DNA of 60,831 bases from Bacteroidota bacterium (GCA_947446605.1 CANFHJ010000003.1:1-60831), one strand, 5' to 3'; positions 47,553 to 57,177 are shown, numbered from the stretch's first letter. Notes: generated by a model not told the origin, from the letters alone. A program made the numbers and translations.

Positions 47553-47925
47553 GGCTCAAAGGTAAACCATTCACTTTAATTATGGTAAGTTCGCCCTGCT
47601 TAATTGGATAATAGCCGTATTCGTAGCAACAATAACACGTTTGGCCATTTTCAAATTGTTCTATATGGGTATGGAAATTAAAAACAAATCCTAGTTCTTG
47701 AATTTTCCTTTCAATAATGGTTTTTTGCCGCTCTTTATTTTCGTTGTAAAGTGCTTCCAGAATTTTTCTGTTCTTTTTTAAAACCGCATTGATCAAACGC
47801 AATTGTTTGTTAATGCCACTATTGCTTTGGTTGTTGAAAGTGCTGCGGCAGTAGTCGTCGCAGAATTTTTTATCGGTTCGACCCAATAAATTTTGCTGAC
47901 AGCATAAACAGGTTTTGGTTTCCAT
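47545..47925 (-). CDS. Hypothetical protein with an N-terminal Cys-rich zinc-ribbon-like motif
   Basis: CLCCQQNLLGRTDKKFCDDYCRSTF. The 126-aa ORF overlaps the downstream S1-domain gene by 8 nt, which suggests an operon. Confidence 0.55.
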   Translation of the reverse strand: METKTCLCCQQNLLGRTDKKFCDDYCRSTFNNQSNSGINKQLRLINAVLKKNRKILEALYNENKERQKTIIERKIQELGFVFNFHTHIEQFENGQTCYCCYEYGYYPIKQGELTIIKVNGLPLSHD

Positions 47926-47965
47926 TTTTATCTTTTTTCTTTAAGATACAAAATGGAAATAAATT

Positions 47966-48625
47966 TTACCTACCACCAAAAATGGTGCTACCAACCCTTA
48001 TTAAAGTGGCACCTTCTTCGCAGGCAATTTTATAATCACTGCTCATGCCCATAGATATTTCTTTAAAACTGGTGTCATTGGCAAAGTAGCTGGCTTTCAT
48101 TTTATCAAATAGGTATTTAAGGGATTTGAATTCTGTTCTAATTTGGCTTTCGGAAGCCACATTGCTGGCCATTCCCATTAAGCCGCAAATTTGCACATGC
48201 TTGTATGGTGAAGACTGAAAGTTCTCTATTAATTCAATGAGTTCTTCTTGGTTCAAACCAAATTTGGTTTCCTCTGTGGCAATAAAAACTTGCAAGAGGC
48301 AGGGTATTATTCTGTTGTTTTTTTTGCCTTCTTTGTTAATTACCTCCAACAGTTTAAAACTGTCAACAGAATGAATCATGGCAATAAATGGGGCAATGTA
48401 TTTAACCTTATTGCTTTGCAAATGCCCAATTAAATGCCATTCTATGTCTTTAGGGAGGGCCAATTCTTTTGAAACCAACTCCTGAACTTTGTTTTCTCCA
48501 AATATTCTTTGTCCGCCTTGATAGGCTTCTAGCAAGGCTTCCACCGGTTTTGTTTTGCTAACAGCAATTAATCTTGTGTGGGAACCAATTTCTTGGTTTA
48601 TTTTTTGAATATTTGCAACAATCAT
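47966..48625 (-). CDS. yggS: YggS-family pyridoxal-phosphate homeostasis protein
   Basis: RLIAVSKTKP (PLP lysine), HLIGHLQSNK and GMSSDY motifs. Start placed at MIVANIQKI (ATG 48625) rather than the track start 48646. Confidence 0.85.
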   Translation of the reverse strand: MIVANIQKINQEIGSHTRLIAVSKTKPVEALLEAYQGGQRIFGENKVQELVSKELALPKDIEWHLIGHLQSNKVKYIAPFIAMIHSVDSFKLLEVINKEGKKNNRIIPCLLQVFIATEETKFGLNQEELIELIENFQSSPYKHVQICGLMGMASNVASESQIRTEFKSLKYLFDKMKASYFANDTSFKEISMGMSSDYKIACEEGATLIRVGSTIFGGR

Positions 48626-49019
48626 GGGTGAAAGAATAATTTTCAAATATCTGTTTCTATTTGTACTTGTGCTACAAATTTCTTGTCAAAATCAAGGAAT
48701 TAAATCTGTGCCAAAGCCAAGTGGATTGTTATCGCGCACAGAAATGGCTATGGTATTGTCTGATATGCATTTAGCCAATGCAGGTTTGGAGGCTAGCAGT
48801 TTGTCTGCAGATTCCTTGAAACGTTCATTGGCCGGTTACGACCAATTTATATACCAAAAGCATGGTACCAATGCGGCAGATTTTATTGCCAGTTATGATT
48901 ATTACTTAAGTATTCCAACCGAAATGGATTCTATTTACCTCATTTTGGTAGATAGCCTAAACGCCCGCGAATCTAAGTCGCGCGGTATTCAAATTATTCC
49001 AATAACTCCTTCTAAATAA
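48624..49019 (+). CDS. DUF4296-like lipoprotein
   Basis: Signal peptide with lipobox (FVLVLQISCQN), then a MAMVLSDMHLANAGLEA region typical of DUF4296. Confidence 0.6.
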   Translation: MGERIIFKYLFLFVLVLQISCQNQGIKSVPKPSGLLSRTEMAMVLSDMHLANAGLEASSLSADSLKRSLAGYDQFIYQKHGTNAADFIASYDYYLSIPTEMDSIYLILVDSLNARESKSRGIQIIPITPSK

Positions 49020-49026
49020 TTAGCTC

Positions 49027-51426
49027 TTGCCATTCCCCAAAAATATTGAAGCCAAATTAGGTTTCCTCCAAGTTCGTGAATTGTTACATGCAAGGTGTTT
49101 GTCGCCAATGGGTATGTCCTATGTAGACAAAATGCGCTTTGCCAATAGGTTTGATGTGGTTGAAAAAATGCTTCAACAAACCAAAGAATTTAGAACCATT
49201 TTAACAGAAGAAACGCCTTTTCCAAACGAACATTATTTTGATGTAAGCGCTTATTTGTATAAAGCAAAAATAGAGGGTATTTGGCTGCAAGAAGAAGAAT
49301 TACACCAACTCAAATTGGTGGTAATGGCCTTTTTAAATGTCACTAAATTTTTGCGTGAACGCAATGGTAAATACCCAGAATTAGAGCAGTTGTTGGAAGG
49401 TTTGTTGATCAATGATTTAATTGTTCGGAGGATAGAAAGAATTTTAGATACAGAAGGCTTGTTGCGCAACAATGCCTCACCAGAATTGGCTAAAATTGCT
49501 TCAAAAATTCAAGAGAAAGAAACTGAAATTCGCCGCCGCATTCAGAAGTTATTTGACAAGAACAACGACCTAGGTTATTTAACAGAACAAATTGGAATTA
49601 CCATTAGGGAAGGACGTTTGGTATTGCCTGTTTTGGCCGAACACAAACGCCATGTTCCGGGATTTGTGCACGATGAATCCAATACGGGACAAACGGTATA
49701 TATAGAGCCCTCAGATTGTTTTGATTTAAACAATATGTTGCGCGAATTACAAATTGCGTATCGCAGAGAAAGGGAAAGAATTTTATTAGATATTACGGAT
49801 CAAATACGACCAGAAATTCCAGAGTTAGAAAAGAACCTGCAAAGGTTGGGTGTATTTGATTTTATAAGGGCCAAGGCATTGCTGGCTATTGAAATGAAAG
49901 CAGATTTGCCCATACTCCGTAACCATCCAGGAATTATACTTGAAACGGCTTATCATCCCTTGTTAAAGATGAGTCATGATAAGATTGGATTGCATACAGT
50001 GCCTTTGTCTTTAGTGCTAAATAGAGATAAACATATAGTAGTTATTTCTGGTCCAAATGCGGGTGGTAAATCTGTATGTTTAAAAACAGTTGGGTTATTG
50101 CAATATATGTTACAATGTGGCTTGCTAATTCCATGCGCCTCGCATAGTGAAATAGGCATCTACAAAGAAATTATGGTAGATATTGGCGATGAGCAAAGCA
50201 TAGAAAATGATTTGAGTACTTACAGTTCGCACTTGTTGAGCATGAAGAATTTTTGTGATTTTGCAGATGCCAAAACTTTGTTTTTAATTGATGAATTTGG
50301 AACGGGTACAGATCCGCAATTTGGAGGACCATTGGCAGAAGCTATTTTGCACCATTTGGCTCAGAAAAAAGCACAAGGAATTGTTACCACGCATTTTAGT
50401 AATTTAAAGAATTTTGCCAATCAGTACCGTGGTTTGGAAAATGCAAGCATGTTGTTTGACCATGATAAAATGCAACCGCTTTATGTATTGGAATTGGGCA
50501 AACCAGGAAGCAGTTATGCCTTTGAATTGGCTGGCAAATCTGGCTTGAGCCAAGAGATAATTAATTATGCAAAAAATAAAGTTGGAGATAAACAACGCAA
50601 GGTAGATGACTTATTGGTGGAGCTTGAAAAGGAGAAAAAGATTGTAAATGATTTACGCACCCGTTCGGCAGAAAAGGAGCGCAAGGCAGAGCAAATTTTA
50701 AAGCAATACGAAACCTTAAATTCTGAATTAGAAAAAAACAAAAAGCTCCTTCTTAAACAAGCCAAGCAAGAAGCCTTGGCTTTGGTGAGTGAAGCCAATA
50801 GTAAAATAGAAGCTACCATTCGTGAAATTAAAGAACAGCAGGCAAATAGTGAGGTGCAAAAAAAAGCCCGCACCTATGTAAAAAATGAAATACAAGATTT
50901 AAAAAGTGCCGTTGAAAATGCTTCGCAATTAAGCGCAGCTGAAGAAGAAATTAAAACCGAAAAAACTGCTTCCTTTCAAATTGGTGATGCCATTAGAATT
51001 ATTGGTCAGCAAAGTATTGGAGAGATTTTAGATTTGGGAAAGAACAAGGCCGTTATTGCGCTTGGTGATATTAGAACCACCGTGGCTTTGGATCAAATAG
51101 AAAAAGTTGCAGCCAAAGAAATAAAGGCAAATTTAAAATTGGCTCCGAAGGGTATTGATATGAATAGTAAAATTCAGCAGTTCAATTCGGAACTCAATAT
51201 TATAGGAACCAGAGGGGAGGAGGCTGTAAGGCAGTTGAATGAATATTTGGATGAGGCTATTTTGTTAGGCGTAAAGCAGGTGAGAATTGTGCATGGCAAA
51301 GGCTATGGCATTTTACGTAAATTGATTCGTGAGCAATTAAAAGCCAATAAAATGGTAGCAGGTTTTTCTGACGAGCAAATAGAACTAGGTGGCGATGGCG
51401 TAACCTTGGTGAATCTTTATTTTTAG
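49027..51426 (+). CDS. mutS2: Endonuclease MutS2 (MutS domain plus C-terminal Smr domain)
   Basis: Walker A ISGPNAGGKS, DEFGTGTDP, a long coiled-coil, and the Smr domain (LNIIGTRGEEA ... VRIVHGKGYGILR). TTG start. Confidence 0.92.
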   Translation: MPFPKNIEAKLGFLQVRELLHARCLSPMGMSYVDKMRFANRFDVVEKMLQQTKEFRTILTEETPFPNEHYFDVSAYLYKAKIEGIWLQEEELHQLKLVVMAFLNVTKFLRERNGKYPELEQLLEGLLINDLIVRRIERILDTEGLLRNNASPELAKIASKIQEKETEIRRRIQKLFDKNNDLGYLTEQIGITIREGRLVLPVLAEHKRHVPGFVHDESNTGQTVYIEPSDCFDLNNMLRELQIAYRRERERILLDITDQIRPEIPELEKNLQRLGVFDFIRAKALLAIEMKADLPILRNHPGIILETAYHPLLKMSHDKIGLHTVPLSLVLNRDKHIVVISGPNAGGKSVCLKTVGLLQYMLQCGLLIPCASHSEIGIYKEIMVDIGDEQSIENDLSTYSSHLLSMKNFCDFADAKTLFLIDEFGTGTDPQFGGPLAEAILHHLAQKKAQGIVTTHFSNLKNFANQYRGLENASMLFDHDKMQPLYVLELGKPGSSYAFELAGKSGLSQEIINYAKNKVGDKQRKVDDLLVELEKEKKIVNDLRTRSAEKERKAEQILKQYETLNSELEKNKKLLLKQAKQEALALVSEANSKIEATIREIKEQQANSEVQKKARTYVKNEIQDLKSAVENASQLSAAEEEIKTEKTASFQIGDAIRIIGQQSIGEILDLGKNKAVIALGDIRTTVALDQIEKVAAKEIKANLKLAPKGIDMNSKIQQFNSELNIIGTRGEEAVRQLNEYLDEAILLGVKQVRIVHGKGYGILRKLIREQLKANKMVAGFSDEQIELGGDGVTLVNLYF

Positions 51427-51920
51427 TTATTTAGCAAAGTCTCAATTGACTTGCAAATTTTCTTGCTAGTAGGAGAGGTGGTTGTAAGAAAATAATCTAC
51501 ATACTCCCCATTTTTGTTGATGAGGTATTTCTGAAAATTCCATTTAGGACTCATGCTTTTAACACCATTGAGTTCTTTCTTACTTAAGAATTGATAGAGT
51601 GGATGAGCGTTTGTACCTTTTACAACTATCTTCTGAAAGACAGGAAAGCTTACCTTAAAATTGATACTGCAAAATTCTTGAATTTCCTCATTTGCCAGAG
51701 GTTCTTGTCCGCCAAAATCATTGGAGGGGAAGGCAAGAATCTCTAGGCCTTGGTCTTTGTATTTTTGGTAGAGTTCTTCTAATAATTTATATTGAGGGGT
51801 AAAACCACAGGCACTCGCCGTATTTACAATAAGTAGAACTTTTCCTTTATAATTGGAAAGTGCAATTTCTTGGTTCGAAAGGTTTTGAACTATTAAATTG
51901 TGTAGATTGAAGTTATCCAT
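51423..51920 (-). CDS. gpx: Glutathione peroxidase (Cys type)
   Basis: VNTASACGFTPQY (the catalytic Cys is encoded by TGT) and FPSNDFGGQEP. Its stop codon overlaps the mutS2 stop convergently. Confidence 0.9.
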   Translation of the reverse strand: MDNFNLHNLIVQNLSNQEIALSNYKGKVLLIVNTASACGFTPQYKLLEELYQKYKDQGLEILAFPSNDFGGQEPLANEEIQEFCSINFKVSFPVFQKIVVKGTNAHPLYQFLSKKELNGVKSMSPKWNFQKYLINKNGEYVDYFLTTTSPTSKKICKSIETLLNN

Positions 51921-52089
51921 AAATTTAAAACCATTTTAATGTGAAAATGTTTCGTTATCCACAAAAGTACCTGTTTATCTGCCTATTTGCTGCAATTTTA
52001 ATTTCCTTAATTTGGTGATAAATGGCAGTCGAAAAGTTTTTAATGGAAGAATATTAGTTGTAACATTGTAGCATAGCTAAAAGAAATAA

Positions 52090-52485
52090 ATGACTTCAAT
52101 TTCCCCAATAGGTTTAAAGTGTATAATAATTGACGACGACCGTGTCACCGTTTTCATGAGTAAGAAATTAATTCATACTTATAATGAAAATGTAGTAGTG
52201 GATACCTTTCAATCTGGTTTGGAGGCTTTGGCGTATTTAAGGGAGAATTCAATTGCACCTGAAACAGTTATTTTGTTGGATATTAATATGCCAAATTATT
52301 CTGGTTGGGATTTCTTAAAAGATTTTGAAGATCTAAAAATGGACTGTAAAGTTTTTATGTTCAGTGCCAGTATTGATACCCAAGATATAGAGAAGTCTAA
52401 TACCTTTGATAAGGTTCAAGGTTTTATTTCAAAACCACTCACATCTGAGAAAGTAGGACAGCTTTTTCAAAATACAAACAACTAA
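52090..52485 (+). CDS. Stand-alone response-regulator receiver domain
   Basis: DDD acidic pocket, the phospho-acceptor in LLDINMP, FSAS and SKPL motifs. No output domain; 131 aa. Confidence 0.8.
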   Translation: MTSISPIGLKCIIIDDDRVTVFMSKKLIHTYNENVVVDTFQSGLEALAYLRENSIAPETVILLDINMPNYSGWDFLKDFEDLKMDCKVFMFSASIDTQDIEKSNTFDKVQGFISKPLTSEKVGQLFQNTNN

Positions 52486-52530
52486 TTTATAGCGCCTTAT
52501 TTTAATAATTTTATCTTTATAAAATAATAC

Positions 52531-52560
52531 TTGTATATACATCTAATGTTTGTACATTTG
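52531..52560 (+). promoter_or_regulatory. Candidate promoter of the yceI cluster (TTG-N19-TACATTTG)
   Basis: TTG at 52531-52533, a 19-nt spacer, then TACATTTG at 52553-52560, 31 nt before the ATG. Confidence 0.5.
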
Positions 52561-52590
52561 TAGTGAATAAACATTATTAAACAAAAAAAT

Positions 52591-53121
52591 ATGAGCAACA
52601 AATGGGCAATTGATCCTATGCACTCTGAGATTGAGTTCAAGGTAAAACACTTAATGATTTCTACTTTAACAGGTAAATTTACTGGATTTTCTGGTGAGGT
52701 TGAAAATGATGCAGCAGATTTCTCTGATGCTAAAATTAACTTCAGTGCAGATGTTACCACAATTAATACTGGCAATGAGCAAAGAGATGGTCACTTACAA
52801 AGTGAAGATTTCTTTAATACAGCAGCATTTCCTACATTGACTTTTACTTCAACTGGTATGACAAAAACGGCTGATGATACTTTTGTATTAGCGGGTGATT
52901 TGAACATGCATGGTGTAAGTAAAAACATTGAATTAAATTTAGTTTTCAATGGTTTGATGACAGATCCTTATGGCAATGAAAAAGCAGGTTTTGAATTAAG
53001 TGGAAAAATTAGCAGAAAAGATTTTGACCTTACCTGGTCTGCAACTACTGAAGCGGGTGGCATAGTAGTAAGCGACGAAGTTAAATTGCTTTGTAATGTG
53101 CAAATAGCTAAAATTGCCTAA
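52591..53121 (+). CDS. yceI: YceI-family polyisoprenoid-binding protein
   Basis: WAIDPMHSEIEFKVKHLMISTLTGKF, NEQRDGHLQSEDFF and FDLTW motifs. No obvious signal peptide. Confidence 0.85.
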   Translation: MSNKWAIDPMHSEIEFKVKHLMISTLTGKFTGFSGEVENDAADFSDAKINFSADVTTINTGNEQRDGHLQSEDFFNTAAFPTLTFTSTGMTKTADDTFVLAGDLNMHGVSKNIELNLVFNGLMTDPYGNEKAGFELSGKISRKDFDLTWSATTEAGGIVVSDEVKLLCNVQIAKIA

Positions 53122-53519
53122 TGGCAAACGAAATAACATTCTCCAAATCCTATAAAGCGGCATTGCAAGGTGGCTTGGTTGCTGCCGGTGTAAATATTGC
53201 ATGGTTATATGTTCTTGAATTCTCAATTGGCATAAGTGAATTACCAAAAGGTTTTACGGTTGCTGTTGTTATTTCCTCTATTATACCATTGCTTGCTGGT
53301 GCAAGTTTATATGTAATTCTTTGCAAGAATTTTTTAAAAGGAGAAACGTTGTTTCTATTGTTGAGTGTGGGATTTACAATTTTTAGTTTATTCCCTAGCT
53401 TTCAAACCAACTTGCCAGATGGAAATTTGGCCCCACAAAATTTTGCCTTATTAACTGTTCCTATGCATTTTTTTGCTGCGGTAATAGGCTTGTATTTTTT
53501 GCTAAAGAAGCAAAATTAA
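53121..53519 (+). CDS. Small four-helix membrane protein, unknown function
   Basis: Four hydrophobic segments. Its ATG overlaps the yceI TAA (TAATG). Confidence 0.55.
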   Translation: MANEITFSKSYKAALQGGLVAAGVNIAWLYVLEFSIGISELPKGFTVAVVISSIIPLLAGASLYVILCKNFLKGETLFLLLSVGFTIFSLFPSFQTNLPDGNLAPQNFALLTVPMHFFAAVIGLYFLLKKQN

Positions 53520-53533
53520 TTAACAAAATTTAT

Positions 53534-53569
53534 AGCAGCAGACAGCCCTTTTGTCTGCTGCTTTTTTTA
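53534..53569 (+). terminator. Intrinsic terminator after the membrane protein gene
   Basis: Stem AGCAGCAGACA (53534-53544), 7-nt loop, stem TGTCTGCTGCT (53552-53562), then a T-run. Confidence 0.85.
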
Positions 53570-53578
53570 TAAGCCCTT

Positions 53579-54214
53579 ATGAGTAATAGAACTAAAATAA
53601 TTTATGTGTCCGACCCAATGTGCGGCTGGTGTTATGCCTTTTCGCCCATCATTAAACAATTGGCAATGGATTATAAAAACCATTTCGATTTTGAATTGCT
53701 CAATGGCGGAATGGTTGTTGGCGAACGCGAGGGACTCATTGGAGATTTTGCCAATTATGTATTAAAAGCCTATCCGCAAGTAGAGGCGCATTCTGGTATT
53801 AAATTTGGCGAACCCTATTTAGATAAATTGCGTAACAATACTTTGTACAATTCTTCTGTTTTGCCTTCAATAGCTATGGAGGTTTTTAAAAGTTTTTTGC
53901 CTTTAGAAGTTATTGCATTTTCAAGCGCCATACAGCATGCTATATTTTTTGAAGGTAAAGACGGTCAAGATATTCAAACCTATATCCATTTAGCGCAAAA
54001 TTTTGGTATTGATGCTGCGCAGTTTTCGGAGTTGGTTCGAACCGAAACCTATAAAATAAAAACATACGAAGGCTTTGAGGAAGCTGCAAAATTAGGCGTT
54101 AACGGCTACCCTGCAGTATTGGCATTGCACCAAGGAACTTATTATTCCTTGTCGCGCGGATTTGCACCTTATGCGCAAATGGAAATGATGTTTGAGAAAT
54201 TAAAATCCATGTAA
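53579..54214 (+). CDS. DsbA-family thioredoxin-fold protein
   Basis: IIYVSDPMCGWCYAF (a CxxC motif at the N-terminus of the thioredoxin fold) and a C-terminal GVNGYPA motif. Confidence 0.8.
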   Translation: MSNRTKIIYVSDPMCGWCYAFSPIIKQLAMDYKNHFDFELLNGGMVVGEREGLIGDFANYVLKAYPQVEAHSGIKFGEPYLDKLRNNTLYNSSVLPSIAMEVFKSFLPLEVIAFSSAIQHAIFFEGKDGQDIQTYIHLAQNFGIDAAQFSELVRTETYKIKTYEGFEEAAKLGVNGYPAVLALHQGTYYSLSRGFAPYAQMEMMFEKLKSM

Positions 54215-55086
54215 TGGATCGGAAGTCGTTTATACAATCGAGTTTATTAATCCCATTTTTGAATATGAATCTTCAAGATTTTGAATCGGAGGTATTGGGT
54301 AAAGCACCCTTATCCGAAAAAATGCCCGTTTTGTTTGTTGGTCATGGCAACCCCATGAATGCCATAGAAAACAATGCATATCATCAAAAATGGGCAGAGA
54401 TTGGACAATCACTTCCTAGGCCCAAAGCTATTTTATGTGTATCGGCACATTGGCAAACCAAGGGTACGCAAGTAACTTTTATGGAAAGGCCTAAGACTAT
54501 TCACGATTTTGGTGGGTTTCCAAAAGCTTTATTTGATACGCAATATCCAGTGTCAGGTTCGCCTCAATTTGCGCAAGCTGCAATAGATGCCCTGCGTGAA
54601 ATTCATGTTGGAAAGGATTTGGAGTGGGGCCTTGACCATGGCTGTTGGAGTGTGTTAAAACCAATGTTTCCAGAGGCCAATATTCCAGTATTCCAATTGA
54701 GTTTAGATTATTTTGCCAGTCCTGAACAGCATTTTCAAATTGGATCCCAATTACAATCATTGCGCCAAAAAGGCGTATTAATTGTTGGTTCGGGCAATAT
54801 TGTACACAATTTGGGGCGCTTAGATTGGGGAGGTAAACCATTTGATTGGGCAATTGAATTTGACCAATTGGCCAAAACCAAAATTAACAGCGGCGATTTT
54901 AAATCTTTGGTGAATTATGATACCTTGGGTAAGGCTGCACAGCTTGCTATTCCTACCAATGAGCATTATTTGCCCTTATTATATGTATTGGCATTGAAAG
55001 ATAAAAATGAGCCCATGCATTTTTTTAATGAACAAATTGATATGGGCTCTATTGCCATGCGCAGCTTGTTTATTGGAAGAGATTAG
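54214..55086 (+). CDS. ygiD: 4,5-DOPA dioxygenase extradiol (YgiD/LigB family)
   Basis: MPVLFVGHGNPMNA, AILCVSAHW and NEHYLPLLY motifs. About 36 residues lie N-terminal to the conserved core, so a later start (for example the M of EKMPVLF) or a signal sequence is possible. Confidence 0.85.
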   Translation: MDRKSFIQSSLLIPFLNMNLQDFESEVLGKAPLSEKMPVLFVGHGNPMNAIENNAYHQKWAEIGQSLPRPKAILCVSAHWQTKGTQVTFMERPKTIHDFGGFPKALFDTQYPVSGSPQFAQAAIDALREIHVGKDLEWGLDHGCWSVLKPMFPEANIPVFQLSLDYFASPEQHFQIGSQLQSLRQKGVLIVGSGNIVHNLGRLDWGGKPFDWAIEFDQLAKTKINSGDFKSLVNYDTLGKAAQLAIPTNEHYLPLLYVLALKDKNEPMHFFNEQIDMGSIAMRSLFIGRD

Positions 55087-55165
55087 TCCACTTTTAAGAA
55101 ATAAACGCAGGTGGTGGTGAATAAATTGAAAAGGCAATTAGCGCCAAGGATTCTATTTTTGCTCC

Positions 55166-56551
55166 GTGTACGCGATTGTAGATATTGAAACCACGGGTGG
55201 CCATGCTGCTCAGAACCGGATTACCGAAATATCTATCTACGTTCACGATGGAACCCAGGTAAGCAAACATTTTACCAGTTTGGTTCATCCCGAAATGAAT
55301 ATACCTCCGTATATTCAAGCATTCACTGGAATTAGCAATGAAATGGTGGAAAACGCGCCTAAATTTTCTGATATTTCTGAAAGAATTTTTGAATTGCTAG
55401 AAGGCAATATTTTTGTTGCCCACAATGTAAATTTCGACCATAGTTTTATTAAACACCAACTTTCTGAAAGTGGCTTTGATTTAAATGTAAAGAAACTTTG
55501 TACCGTTAGGTTGAGCAGGAAAATAATTCCAGGTCACCGTTCTTATAGCTTGGGAAATATTTGTTCTGCGCTAGGAATTCACTTAGAAAATCGTCACCGT
55601 GCAGATGGTGATGCCATGGCTACAGTGAAGCTTTTTGAACATTTATTGAAGAATGATGCGGAAAAGCAAATGGAGGATTCGCTTAAACGTGGTTCAAAAG
55701 AGCAAGTTCTTCCGCCCAATGTAAGTAAAGCAGATTTTGAAAAATTACCCAAATCGCCAGGCGTATATTATTTTGTAAATAGCAAGGGTTTGGCTGTGTA
55801 TGTTGGTAAAGCTAAGAATATAAGGAGCAGGGTTGGTAGTCATTTTAGTGGTGAATTAAAAAGCAAACAAAAACAAAATTTCATGCGCGATGTGCATGGG
55901 TTTGGGCATACCTCAACAGGTACTGAATTGTTGGCGATATTGTTAGAAAGCCATGAGATTCGCAGGTTATGGCCAGATGAAAATCGTGCACAAAAACGTG
56001 TGCAAACGGTTTACGGTTTGTTTGATTACCTCGATCAAAACAATAAAATTAGGTTCGGCATAGATAAAGTGCGTAAAGAACAAAGGGCACTGGTAACTTT
56101 TAGTACGCATGCTGCGGCATTGCAATACCTCAATTCTTTAATTGCAGAATATGATTTATGTCCAAAGTTGTGCAATAGCCAAACCAATAAAGATACTTGC
56201 ATTAAAGTGGCAAACGATACCTGTGAAGGCAATTGCTTAAACAATGAAAATGTGGCTGCCTACAATGCCAAAGCGCAATTGTTTGTTGATCAATTGCAGG
56301 CCGAACGCAAGGCGTATTATATTGTAGGGAAGGGTAGAAATTACAAGGAACAAAGTGTGATTATTTACGAACCAGAATCCTACGTGGGTTACACGTTTTT
56401 ATCTACCAAAGAGCAAATTGACTTTGACATGGTAAAGGAAATGGCCACACCATTAAAATTAAATAGCTTAATGGAAACAGTGTTGGCCCAAGTGGTTAGT
56501 GGCGAAAAAAGCAAAGGGTATAAAGTATATACCCAAATGAAAATTGCTTAA
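55166..56551 (+). CDS. DEDDh 3'-5' exonuclease (DnaQ-like) fused to a GIY-YIG (Cho/UvrC-N-like) nuclease domain
   Basis: Exo motifs IVDIETTGG, VAHNVNFDHSF and HRADGDA, then the GIY-YIG motif PGVYYFVNSKGLAVYVGKAKNIRSRV. GTG start. Confidence 0.85.
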   Translation: MYAIVDIETTGGHAAQNRITEISIYVHDGTQVSKHFTSLVHPEMNIPPYIQAFTGISNEMVENAPKFSDISERIFELLEGNIFVAHNVNFDHSFIKHQLSESGFDLNVKKLCTVRLSRKIIPGHRSYSLGNICSALGIHLENRHRADGDAMATVKLFEHLLKNDAEKQMEDSLKRGSKEQVLPPNVSKADFEKLPKSPGVYYFVNSKGLAVYVGKAKNIRSRVGSHFSGELKSKQKQNFMRDVHGFGHTSTGTELLAILLESHEIRRLWPDENRAQKRVQTVYGLFDYLDQNNKIRFGIDKVRKEQRALVTFSTHAAALQYLNSLIAEYDLCPKLCNSQTNKDTCIKVANDTCEGNCLNNENVAAYNAKAQLFVDQLQAERKAYYIVGKGRNYKEQSVIIYEPESYVGYTFLSTKEQIDFDMVKEMATPLKLNSLMETVLAQVVSGEKSKGYKVYTQMKIA

Positions 56552-57177
56552 AACAAATACCCAAATTTTATTCCGCCTCTAAAACCTATACCATTGGTGG
56601 CAATGTTTGCTTCATTTGTTTTGATTTTATAATCGGCAAGAATAGCGGCAGAAGGAGAGCAACTGTAATAAGTTGGTACGCTCAATTGAATGCCTATAAA
56701 TGCATCTATTAAATATTTATTTCTATAAGTTTTTTGATAGCCCCATGCATAACCAATGCTTATGCCTTGCAGGTTTTCTTTGTAATTGATAATCTTATTT
56801 TGTGTGCTGCTGTCTTGTTTATTGTCTTTGTATTCATAAGCTGCAAACCTTATAAAATATTGCTTGTAACGTCCGTTCCAAGTAGTTTTAATTGACTTGT
56901 ATTTTCTAAAGTCTAAGCTGTATTGAAAGCCAAGCAAACCTGCTTTTTTACGTGTATTGTCTAAATTTAATTGGGTATAAGAAATTCCATTTTGAATACT
57001 CCACTGTTGGGTAAAAAGATATTCATAACTTAAATTCAATGTGCCAGCAAAACCACTTAAAATATTGATTTTAATTGCTTGGGTTTTTGGTCTTTCTTTG
57101 TAAAAGTAATTGTTTGTTTGGGCCGAACCAAACCAGCATTGCAAGCAAAAAAACAGAATGAGTAAATACTTTTTCAT
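56548..57177 (-). CDS. Small outer-membrane beta-barrel protein (paralogue 2)
   Basis: Signal peptide ending GSAQ, alternating hydrophobic strands, C-terminal GGIKFGYLF. Its ATG directly abuts the TAA of the upstream paralogue. Confidence 0.6.
   Translation of the reverse strand: MKKYLLILFFCLQCWFGSAQTNNYFYKERPKTQAIKINILSGFAGTLNLSYEYLFTQQWSIQNGISYTQLNLDNTRKKAGLLGFQYSLDFRKYKSIKTTWNGRYKQYFIRFAAYEYKDNKQDSSTQNKIINYKENLQGISIGYAWGYQKTYRNKYLIDAFIGIQLSVPTYYSCSPSAAILADYKIKTNEANIATNGIGFRGGIKFGYLF

Noticed and set aside
51805-51830. Possible selenocysteine (TGA) at the glutathione peroxidase active site, considered because selD is in the window.
   Set aside because: The active-site codon in ASACGFT is TGT (Cys) and the ORF is uninterrupted.
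52497-52775. 92-aa minus-strand ORF overlapping the yceI promoter and 5' end.
   Set aside because: It spans a consensus plus-strand promoter and the conserved YceI N-terminus, and its sequence is hydrophobic and low-complexity. It is likely spurious.
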